Assembly (NCBI GenBank): GCA_964018965.1 | Contig: CAXHRY010000011.1 | Location: 13,743-77,742, forward strand | Reading direction: 5' to 3' | Source: an uncultured Alistipes sp. | Lineage (GTDB): Bacteria > Bacteroidota > Bacteroidia > Bacteroidales > Rikenellaceae | Length of the DNA stretch: 64,000 nucleotides | Shown: piece by piece, positions 18,972 to 26,408 of the stretch | How the letters are laid out: each line of letters opens with the position of its first letter | How positions within the stretch are numbered: position 1 is the stretch's first letter | Translations under genes and position numbers: made by a program | Notes under the pieces: generated by a model | Seen by the model: only the letters and a program-made list of their open reading frames with translations | What the model was told of the DNA's origin: nothing | Databases searched by the model: none

Positions 18972-19406
18972 ATGACAATAGAATAATTATTACACAGCTA
19001 CTTCCAGCGAGAGGCGAAAGCCTCCGAACAACTCAACACCATCGAGCGGGCAGAAGCTGAAAGGCAACCCGTACCGCGACTTAACATTACGGTCCCGAAC
19101 TGCACGAACGAGGTTATCCGCCCCATACTGAAAATGGTAGTCGAAGAACTTCACGAGTCCGGATTCACGGTGCCGCCTTCAAAACAGTGCAGACTGGCCA
19201 ACGGACTGTACCAGATACGAACCCAGAAAACACTGTCTCGGAGGCTTTCGTATCCCTCCAAGAACAACCATAAACTCTATTTCGCCCCTCTGTTTTATCG
19301 CAAAGCCGGCAATAAGCAGGAAGTGAAGACATTGAGGCAACTGGTAAGTTTGCTCCGCGCAGATCTCAACAAGCGGGGACTGCTAATTCTCCCGAAACAC
19401 CTTTAA
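18972..19406 (+). pseudogene. Hypothetical gene with TAA at codon 5
   Basis: MTIE*LLHSYFQRE... continues in frame into ORF 19134..19406. Confidence 0.55.
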
Positions 19407-19413
19407 CTTAATC

Positions 19414-19708
19414 CTACTTCTTACGCCAATCGGGATCTCCATTGCGTTAAGCGAGGAGTTGAGCAGCGTAATCGTGAGCTTCACGGGAATTTTGGGTCCG
19501 ATAATGAAACATCCATTTCTGACCGCACCGGGGACATTCCCAGACGACCATCGTACCGGCAGAGGTATCGGCAAGGCCCAGCAGCAAGGTCTACGTTGCA
19601 ATGCGGCGGTTCAAAACCACATTCATAACAGGTATAAATACCTCGGTTATAACGGCCCTGCGGCGGAACACGCAGGACCAAAGGAATATCGATCATGAGT
19701 ATATCCAT
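19414..19708 (-). pseudogene. Zn-ribbon protein (CxxC...CxxC), frameshifted
   Basis: YTCYECGF in one frame, VVWECPRCGQKWMFHY in another (shift near 19590), plus TAA at 19447-19449. Confidence 0.6.
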
Positions 19709-20005
19709 TTAGGCATTAGTATCTTCGGACAAGACCGCAACTCCGTCATTCGCGCAATAGTCGAAGCGCATCAGCTTTGCGACACGGGCATACTCCTCGT
19801 CGTAATATTTGTCGTATTCCTTTTGAAACCCCTCTTTGTAACGGGTTCCGCTGTCGGGATCGTCGTGGTCATCGGCATCCACAAATGTTTCGAAAGGTGC
19901 ATCGTGCGCGTTCAGCAGTCGTCCGACGGCCAGATCGCAGGCAATTTCCATAATCGACGCATTGATAGCGTCCTTATGGTTACGGTAATATTCGTTTAAA
20001 TTCAT
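19709..20005 (-). CDS. Small acidic hypothetical protein
   Basis: 98-aa D/E/Y-rich ORF in the operon. Confidence 0.7.
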   Translation of the reverse strand: MNLNEYYRNHKDAINASIMEIACDLAVGRLLNAHDAPFETFVDADDHDDPDSGTRYKEGFQKEYDKYYDEEYARVAKLMRFDYCANDGVAVLSEDTNA

Positions 20006-20070
20006 GTTTTAGTTGATTATAATGTTTTGGTTTGAGTTATTCCGATCGATATCCGTAATGCGAATCGGAT

Positions 20071-20463
20071 TTATCCCGGGGATTCATCCGGCAGACTCTT
20101 TCCAGATTCGGATTTGCACCTCTGCGGATTGTCCGTTCCATCACGACTCGCAGGTGTCGACAAGCATTTGGTAGTTCTTTTCGGAAGGTTGTCCGTGATA
20201 CGGTTTCCATCTGCGGCCGAGTAAATCATAACCGTAGGATCTCCGTTATTGTTTTCTATGTCCAGTGGATATTCCGTTCCGGGAATTTGATAAGTAGCAT
20301 CTTCCTGATAGGTCGGATCGTTTGACAGTTCGTCGAGTTGACCGTCAGCACACAGGTCCTTGATTTTCCGGACAGCCGTTTCGAGATTCTCGGCTTCAAT
20401 ACTGAAATACCGGCAATCTATGACAGTAATTTTTTGATTCCGATAAAATTCATAGCGTTTCAT
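20071..20463 (-). CDS. Hypothetical protein
   Basis: 130-aa ORF (MKRYEFY...IEAENLETAV). Confidence 0.65.
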   Translation of the reverse strand: MKRYEFYRNQKITVIDCRYFSIEAENLETAVRKIKDLCADGQLDELSNDPTYQEDATYQIPGTEYPLDIENNNGDPTVMIYSAADGNRITDNLPKRTTKCLSTPASRDGTDNPQRCKSESGKSLPDESPG

Positions 20464-20480
20464 TGTGCAATTATTTGAGG

Positions 20481-20705
20481 TTAATACTTCGATACTTCCA
20501 GTCCTTTTTTCGTCATGCTCATCGAGAAGCCCGCCTCATGGAGCTGTTTCAGTACCGAAGCGTTGCTCTCATGGATAAGAAGCGGATAGACTTAGGAGTA
20601 GTTGTCGGCGATCGGTGTGTTGAACGACACCGTGATCCGGTTGTTTCGGGTGATGATTTCCAGCGCACGCCGGAAATCGGATTCCTGCATGTTCATTCGT
20701 TGCAT
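20481..20705 (-). pseudogene. Small hypothetical gene with internal TAA at 20592-20594
   Basis: MQRMNMQESDFRRALEII...DNYS*VYPLLIHESNASVLKQLHEAGFSMSMTKKGLEVSKY; fills the gap between neighbours exactly. Confidence 0.65.
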
Positions 20706-20710
20706 AATGT

Positions 20711-21034
20711 TTAAGAGTTATCGTTGTTGTTTTCAGACCATTCGTCGAAAGCCGTCGGGTCGTAGAGGCCGTACCGGCGTATTTCGGCGTATGCCTGTCC
20801 TGCTTGAAGGAGGGGCTGCCGGGAGACGAACGTTCCGGTGAAGTTTACAAGAGCCAGCGGAACGAGCCACTGAAAATCGCTGCCCCGACCGCCCATAACC
20901 TCGCACGAGTGAAAATCTGCGGGAAGGGTTTCGGAATCGAGGCGAGACATGGTGAAAAGAGCCGGGATACCGTTGATCTCGGCGGCGCGGAAATCCCGGA
21001 TATCCGCGAAAGGGATGGATGATTCGTATGCCAT
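20711..21034 (-). CDS. LPD28-like (large polyvalent protein-associated domain) protein
   Basis: EINGIPALFT..RLD..TLP...VNFTGTFVS..PL pattern. Confidence 0.6.
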   Translation of the reverse strand: MAYESSIPFADIRDFRAAEINGIPALFTMSRLDSETLPADFHSCEVMGGRGSDFQWLVPLALVNFTGTFVSRQPLLQAGQAYAEIRRYGLYDPTAFDEWSENNNDNS

Positions 21035-21082
21035 ACCATTGAAATAATGCCGCCCGCTCTTTTCGGAGCAGGCGGCAGATGA

Positions 21083-21382
21083 TTAAAAAAAGATTCGGTG
21101 CCACGCTCCGCGCAGATAGACGTTACCTTCCACATAGAGCGAGTATAAGTCCGTAGAGACAATCCGCAGGAACAGCGTTCCATCGTTGTGCAATTTCCCG
21201 ATCTGACGCCGGAACGCCTCGGCGGGAAAGGGTTTGCACGAGATGAACCGTCCGCGAACCTCTGCGTCAGAGGGGAGGTATTCGTACAAGCGGTAATTGA
21301 GCGCCAGCCAGCGAAGGATTTTGCGGCGGGTTTTCGCATCGTCCGTCCGCAGTGTGAAACGGTTGAAACAAAGATTGTTCAT
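21083..21382 (-). CDS. Hypothetical protein
   Basis: 99-aa ORF in the operon. Confidence 0.65.
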   Translation of the reverse strand: MNNLCFNRFTLRTDDAKTRRKILRWLALNYRLYEYLPSDAEVRGRFISCKPFPAEAFRRQIGKLHNDGTLFLRIVSTDLYSLYVEGNVYLRGAWHRIFF

Positions 21383-21394
21383 CAGAAATAGGAA

Positions 21395-21619
21395 TTAGTT
21401 CAGTGACAAGGCACGGCAGAAATAGTCCGTATAATCGAAGTCCAGTTCCAGCCCCGAACAGGCCGTTTCAAGATCGCCGTAGCACAGCGCGCCGGCATCC
21501 CGCAGTTCCCGCAGGCTGCGAAGTTCCGCGGCCAGATATTCTTCGGCACGCCGTTCGCCGCAGTGGCATGCGGAGCAGATATTTTCGATAATAATGTTTC
21601 GTTCCATAGTCGTCTTCAT
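21395..21619 (-). CDS. Hypothetical protein
   Basis: 74-aa ORF, overlaps the upstream stop. Confidence 0.65.
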   Translation of the reverse strand: MKTTMERNIIIENICSACHCGERRAEEYLAAELRSLRELRDAGALCYGDLETACSGLELDFDYTDYFCRALSLN

Positions 21620-21852
21620 TTTAGGTTATACAACCGGGCAAAATAGTTGTTCACGCCCGGAATCCGCTTCTTGTAGTAAGGCTGGTTGTCCTTACACCAT
21701 GCGGCAAGTTCCTGCTTCGAAGCAGAAGGTTTGCGCCAGCTTTTACCAGCCATAATCCGTTCGACCTCCGGGGCCAGACTTTCAATGAAATGCTGCACGG
21801 TCCAGCCTTCCCAGATAAGTTTTTGCAAGTAGATCGCTTTCGTCGTACTCAT
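21616..21852 (-). CDS. Hypothetical protein
   Basis: IWEGWTV..FI..L...WCKDNQPYYKK.IP.V..YF; start uncertain. Confidence 0.65.
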   Translation of the reverse strand: MSTTKAIYLQKLIWEGWTVQHFIESLAPEVERIMAGKSWRKPSASKQELAAWCKDNQPYYKKRIPGVNNYFARLYNLK

Positions 21853-21864
21853 TGCTGTAGTCAA

Positions 21865-22518
21865 TCAAGCTTTAAGTATGAGTTTGTTGTCGGAGAGTGC
21901 AAGGAAATCATCGAGCGTGCGGCAGCGATAATCCAAAGAGATCTTTTCGCTGTAATCCGTCTGTCTTATTTCGAAAGTATAGGTCAGGCCGTGTCGAATG
22001 ATATGGCCGCGGCTTTTGTCCTTGTTCCAGACGACATCGGGTATTGCCTCCAACCGGTTGCGGTACCCCGTCATTTTTCGTTCGTTCTCCGCATCGATAC
22101 GTTCGAGGTTCCGGAAACCCTGCGTGAGGAATTCCACCCAATCGTCAATCTTCTTTTTGGTGAAGACCCCGATACGATTCGGTTCGGATTGCTTGTCGAA
22201 AGCCTTGCCGTAGGAGTAGTTGTCCGCATATCGGAAGAACGACCAATCAAATCGGAGGTCGTAATAGGGTTTTGGATAGAAGTATTGGCGGACGAGAAAC
22301 AGGATGCCGTTTCTCCAGAAGCCGGTGCAGACTTCCTCGAAATAGTTCTTTAGCCTGTCTGCATCGTGTGTAACACGGTAGAACAAGGCTGCTTCTGGAA
22401 CGAACTCCTGCACTATTTCCAATACGGCCGATGCGCTTTGAATAGTCCGCTCTACGTTATCCTCGGCATTGGCGAGCAGCAGTTCGTCAAAGGTCGACTG
22501 ATCGATCCACTTTCTCAT
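21865..22518 (-). CDS. Hypothetical protein
   Basis: 217-aa ORF, ATGA-coupled to the upstream ORF. Confidence 0.75.
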   Translation of the reverse strand: MRKWIDQSTFDELLLANAEDNVERTIQSASAVLEIVQEFVPEAALFYRVTHDADRLKNYFEEVCTGFWRNGILFLVRQYFYPKPYYDLRFDWSFFRYADNYSYGKAFDKQSEPNRIGVFTKKKIDDWVEFLTQGFRNLERIDAENERKMTGYRNRLEAIPDVVWNKDKSRGHIIRHGLTYTFEIRQTDYSEKISLDYRCRTLDDFLALSDNKLILKA

Positions 22519-22715
22519 CGCTGAACAGCCTGCCTGCGGCAGGATTCCGTTTCCCGCAGGTAGTCATTCAACGTCGGAATAAGGATCGTACACTCGGCAT
22601 CGGGTTGTCTGAGAAAACATTTTACTTTTACCGATGCTTCCACACCGTCCCGGGCGTAGGTCTTGAAGCGGTAGTCGTAGCCTGCTACCGCAATTTCGAA
22701 CTTCTGATTCTTCAT
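22515..22715 (-). CDS. Small hypothetical protein, first gene after the fold-back element
   Basis: MKNQKFEIAVAGYDYRFKTYARDG... Confidence 0.6.
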   Translation of the reverse strand: MKNQKFEIAVAGYDYRFKTYARDGVEASVKVKCFLRQPDAECTILIPTLNDYLRETESCRRQAVQR

Positions 22716-22760
22716 CTTCGAAATGAATTTTGGTTTGACATACGGCCGGCGAATACCCAC

Positions 22761-22920
22761 TGTGAAAGAGAAGCCGGCTTCGGGGCAGAAAATTCAGCGG
22801 CAGGGGCAGCCCGCAGTCGGTCTTTTTCGCGCGATACGACCCGAAGGGTGGAGATCGTGCGAAAAAGCCGAAAAGGGCGTAAGACCCTGACGCTATCTTG
22901 CCCCGGAGACGGCGATCACA
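22761..22920 (-). promoter_or_regulatory. Second long fold-back element, candidate ssDNA (Frpo-like) promoter
   Basis: Outer arms tgtga..gccggcttcggggca..agcggcaggg..gccc / gggc..ccctgacgct..tgccccggagacggc..tcaca; inner pair 22818-22835/22854-22870. Confidence 0.65.
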
Positions 22921-22957
22921 AAGGAATTCTAATTATTACTCGTGCTGCCTCAAAACA

Positions 22958-22991
22958 AAAAGGGACTGCTGCGAATGCAGTCAATCCCTTT
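22958..22991 (-). terminator. Probable terminator after the excisionase-like genes
   Basis: aaaagggactgc...gcagtcaatcccttt, giving a U-run on the minus strand. Confidence 0.5.
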
Positions 22992-22994
22992 CGG

Positions 22995-23324
22995 TCAGCG
23001 CACTGTGAACTGTGGTATCCGGGAGAGGGTCTTCCGCAACTTCCGGCGGTAGAAGTGTTCCGTAAGCGCGATTAGCTCGTAGGCATCGTAGAGCATCTGT
23101 CCGTTGACGGCACGGGCGCGGATCATCCGCTTTTTGCGGCATTGTTCGAGCTGGTGACGGTCCATACCCAGCACCTCGCAGACCTTGCGGGCCGAGAGGA
23201 ACATCGGGCGGTCACTGTGGCTCAACAGGTGTTCGAAGAGCAGCGTGGATTGTGTCAGCATGAAATGCGTGCGGAGCAGTTTCTCCAAGGCTCCGGACTC
23301 CACCAAATAATACTTGTTAGGCAT
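22995..23324 (-). CDS. HTH excisionase-like DNA-binding protein
   Basis: FLSARKVCEVLGMDRHQLEQCRKKRMI MerR/Xis-type HTH next to the integrase. Confidence 0.75.
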   Translation of the reverse strand: MPNKYYLVESGALEKLLRTHFMLTQSTLLFEHLLSHSDRPMFLSARKVCEVLGMDRHQLEQCRKKRMIRARAVNGQMLYDAYELIALTEHFYRRKLRKTLSRIPQFTVR

Positions 23325-23335
23325 AGGGCTATGAA

Positions 23336-23635
23336 TTAAAGGTTCTTGATTTGGTTTTTCAGTTCCTTCCGCTGCCGGTACTCCATATCGATCCGCTCGA
23401 CAAAACGGTTTATTTCGGCAACGGAGAACATGAGGCGGCGCCCGAAGCGGAAGCCGGTGAGCTGTCCGCTGACACAGTAGCGGCGCAACTGGCGATCGCT
23501 GATCTTCAGCAAATCGCAGACCTCGCTTACTTCAAGAACCGGAGTGCCGCAAAGCATGTTCCGGTGCCGTTTCATATAAGCGATATCCTCGCGGATCTCG
23601 CGGACGATTTCCAAAATCTCATCGAGTCGTTCCAT
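23336..23635 (-). CDS. HTH_17 excisionase-like protein
   Basis: LEVSEVCDLLKISDRQLRRYCVSGQL..FRFGRRLMF. Confidence 0.85.
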   Translation of the reverse strand: MERLDEILEIVREIREDIAYMKRHRNMLCGTPVLEVSEVCDLLKISDRQLRRYCVSGQLTGFRFGRRLMFSVAEINRFVERIDMEYRQRKELKNQIKNL

Positions 23636-23742
23636 AATCTCGGATTGCAGTTATTTCTCGCTGCAAAGATGCAACGTCCGAATGATGAGTTCACATAAGG
23701 CAGGTAAATACCTGATATATTATTTTATTGCAGGTGTTATGC

Positions 23743-24960
23743 CTATACGGAGAATTTCGTTGCCAGTTTATTCCGAAGCATCGTAACCTCCCGGTCGATC
23801 ATCGGATGGGTGACTTTCGCATAAATTTGAGTGGTGGTTATATTTTTGTGCCCCAGCATCTTCGAAAGCGTTTCCAGAGAGACGCCGTTCGACAGGCAGA
23901 TCGTCGTGGCATATGTGTGCCGCGCAAGGTGGAACGAAAGCTGCTTGTCGATACCACACTCCCGGGCTATATTTTTTAGACTGTCATCGATAGTTTTGAT
24001 GCCAGACATATGGAACAAGTGCCCGTCATGGGTCAAACCTCGGTACTTGCTCAAGATGAACAACGGATAAGGTAGCAACTTGACAACGTATTTGGTTTCG
24101 GTCTTCTGACGGTTGCCGCTGATCCACCACTCGCCCTGCGCATCCTGCTCGATTTGATCGTAGGTCAGCGAGGCCATGTCCGCATAGCAGATGCCCGTGA
24201 AGCAGGAGAAAAGGAACAAATCGCGGTTGTAGTCCTGACGCTTATACCTCAGCTCGGTAGTCATCATACGCCGGAGTTCATCTTCCGTTAAAAAAGTGCG
24301 GTCCGGATTCGGAGCTGTATACTGATAAAAGGAGAAGGGGTTGCGCGGTATCCAGCCGTTGTTGAACGCGATTTTGACAACGTATTTCAGGCATTTGAGA
24401 TAACCGCTGACGGTCGTAGGCTTGAGCCCCAGACCGGATTTGAGGTAGACGTGGTATTGCTCGATGAACGACTGCTCCAATTCTGCCAAGGGCATATCGC
24501 TCACGTTATACTCCTGACGAATGAAAGCCCGCAGATGGTCGGTGGATTTGCGGTAACGCTTCCATGTGCCATGGCTGCGGTCAATGCCGACACGTTTCTT
24601 GAGGTCGACAGTAAACTTCTCGAACGCTTCGAGCAGCAGCCGGTATTTCTCCCCGAAGCCGAGATAGGCGTTTTTGACCTTCTCAGCCGTAACGTACGAC
24701 TCCCGGTCGCAGATAGATTGATAGTGTTTGCCGATCTGGGTGCGGATATTGTCTAGATGGCGGTTGATGCGATCCGCTTCGAGACTACGGCCTTTGGCGC
24801 GGCCGCCGCGGACCTCCCAAAGCGTCTCCGGAACGGAGAGCTTCGCACTGAACTGGGCGATGCTGCCGTTGACCGTGATGCGCCCCATGACGGGGACGAC
24901 TTTCTGATCTTTGTCTTTGTTCCTTTTGAGGTAGAACAGAACCTTGAACGTGCTGCGCAT
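23743..24960 (-). CDS. Tyrosine recombinase/integrase (Bacteroidales IntDOT-like)
   Basis: MRSTFKVLFYLK arm-binding N-terminus, FSCFTG..YAD, RQKT, HLARHTYAT, LGHKNITTTQIYA. Confidence 0.95.
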   Translation of the reverse strand: MRSTFKVLFYLKRNKDKDQKVVPVMGRITVNGSIAQFSAKLSVPETLWEVRGGRAKGRSLEADRINRHLDNIRTQIGKHYQSICDRESYVTAEKVKNAYLGFGEKYRLLLEAFEKFTVDLKKRVGIDRSHGTWKRYRKSTDHLRAFIRQEYNVSDMPLAELEQSFIEQYHVYLKSGLGLKPTTVSGYLKCLKYVVKIAFNNGWIPRNPFSFYQYTAPNPDRTFLTEDELRRMMTTELRYKRQDYNRDLFLFSCFTGICYADMASLTYDQIEQDAQGEWWISGNRQKTETKYVVKLLPYPLFILSKYRGLTHDGHLFHMSGIKTIDDSLKNIARECGIDKQLSFHLARHTYATTICLSNGVSLETLSKMLGHKNITTTQIYAKVTHPMIDREVTMLRNKLATKFSV

Positions 24961-25289
24961 AAACTCTGCTTTTTAGGGTTGCAAAAATAATTTGAGCAGA
25001 GTTGCATGTCAAGATGAATAGCAATGTAATAAACTGAAAATCAAATTTCTATGAATAACAAAGCAAAAGAAACGAGGTAACGATTTGGAAATCGAAACCT
25101 CGTTTAACATTACCTTAATCTGCTATTTCTCTAAAACAAAGGCATAGAAGAAAAGTGCATAATAAGTTGATTATCTTTTGATTTACACTTTTTTATGCCT
25201 CTGTTTTTTATCCCGGAACTCCTATTGAGAGCTTCCCGAGTAAAATTTTTTGCGGAGTAGTCCGAACAGCGTGAATTTGTCACACACGA

Positions 25290-26408
25290 TCAGAAATTCC
25301 GGAACGTCGTCCAACTGCTGTTTGCTTCGGCCTTAGCTTCGAGGTCGTCGGGCAGGTTGGCGAAGAAGTCGAAACCGGTTCTGCGCTCGATCTCGTCCAC
25401 CGAAACGGCATATCGGTCGTAGGTGTCCGAATACTGTTTGTGCTCGAACCAAAATCCGACGGCCATGGCATCGGAGACTTGCTGTGTGCTGTTGCGCTTC
25501 ACTTTCAATACTACTTTGTAGTAGAAGTTCGGCACGGGGCAGCGCTTGCCTGTGTCATGCTGCGGGGTGATCGTGCGGATCGTTTCTGAACCGCCGACCG
25601 TGCGGTAAACCGGGCCGGTGGCGATATAGAGCGTGTCCTTCGCCGGGACGGCGGCACGTACGGCATCTTCGAGGGCTCCCCAAATTCCGCCGTTGAATTT
25701 ATCCTGTATCTGCGGCGTCGAGTTCGTGGCCAGGAAGGTCTGCCGCTGCATCGCCGCATTGCCGTTGCGGTCGCCGTTGGGTATCTGGTGGCCGCGGGCA
25801 TAGATCGTACCCGAAACATTCACGCCGTAACTGCCGTCCCAAAGATTGATTTGGTCTTGCGTGGCGATCGCGCTGTTTTGGCTCCAGCCGGAGGGGCGGC
25901 TCAACGAACCCGTATGTCCCTGTGCCAGCGGATAGGCGACCCACAGTGCGGCGTAATAGGTCGGGTCGTAGAACATCGTGTAATTGCGCTCCCCGGCTTG
26001 CAACACATGCTCGGACGCCGTGGCGGATGTCTGTCTCGCCGGAAGCTCCAACCAACCGCTGTGGCTCGTTTTCGCCGCCGAAGTCGTGAACTGTGTTTCG
26101 GGCGAACGGACCTCGCGGCCGTCGCTGCATGTCGCTGCGGCGTACAACGTGTAGGTCGTGGCGGGATGCAAATCGGTCAGCGTCGCTTGCGCGTAGAGAT
26201 TCGTCTGTGTCGCGCGTGCACTTCCCGAGTGGCTGCCGTCCGCGGCCGCATAATGGAATACGATGCCGCCCGTGGCGTAGTTCCAGTCGGTGCCCGTGCA
26301 ACCGACCGTCGCGGAATTCTCCGTCAGAGCCGTAATATAGGGCGCAATGTCGAATCCCGGGGTAGGGTCCGGGGTGGGAGGGGTTACCTCACCACCCCCT
26401 CCCGGAGT
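25290..26408 (-). CDS. FN3-like plus DNA/RNA non-specific (NucA-type) endonuclease, in frame with the upstream lipoprotein after one TGA
   Basis: YARGHQIP..DR, TNSTPQ...FNGGIW..LE, VPNFYYKVVL; open frame extends 79 codons upstream of TTG 26171 to the TGA at 26409-26411. Confidence 0.88.
   Translation of the reverse strand, partial: TPGGGGEVTPPTPDPTPGFDIAPYITALTENSATVGCTGTDWNYATGGIVFHYAAADGSHSGSARATQTNLYAQATLTDLHPATTYTLYAAATCSDGREVRSPETQFTTSAAKTSHSGWLELPARQTSATASEHVLQAGERNYTMFYDPTYYAALWVAYPLAQGHTGSLSRPSGWSQNSAIATQDQINLWDGSYGVNVSGTIYARGHQIPNGDRNGNAAMQRQTFLATNSTPQIQDKFNGGIWGALEDAVRAAVPAKDTLYIATGPVYRTVGGSETIRTITPQHDTGKRCPVPNFYYKVVLKVKRNSTQQVSDAMAVGFWFEHKQYSDTYDRYAVSVDEIERRTGFDFFANLPDDLEAKAEANSSWTTFRNF

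Larger units (their letters stand above)
1040..25250. mobile_element. Arm of an integrative conjugative element (integrase end and leading-region-type cargo); boundaries approximate
   Basis: Integrase plus xis genes, ParB, ArdC, DUF4120/4121, umuDC; AT-rich stretch 24961-25250, then host genes. Confidence 0.8.
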
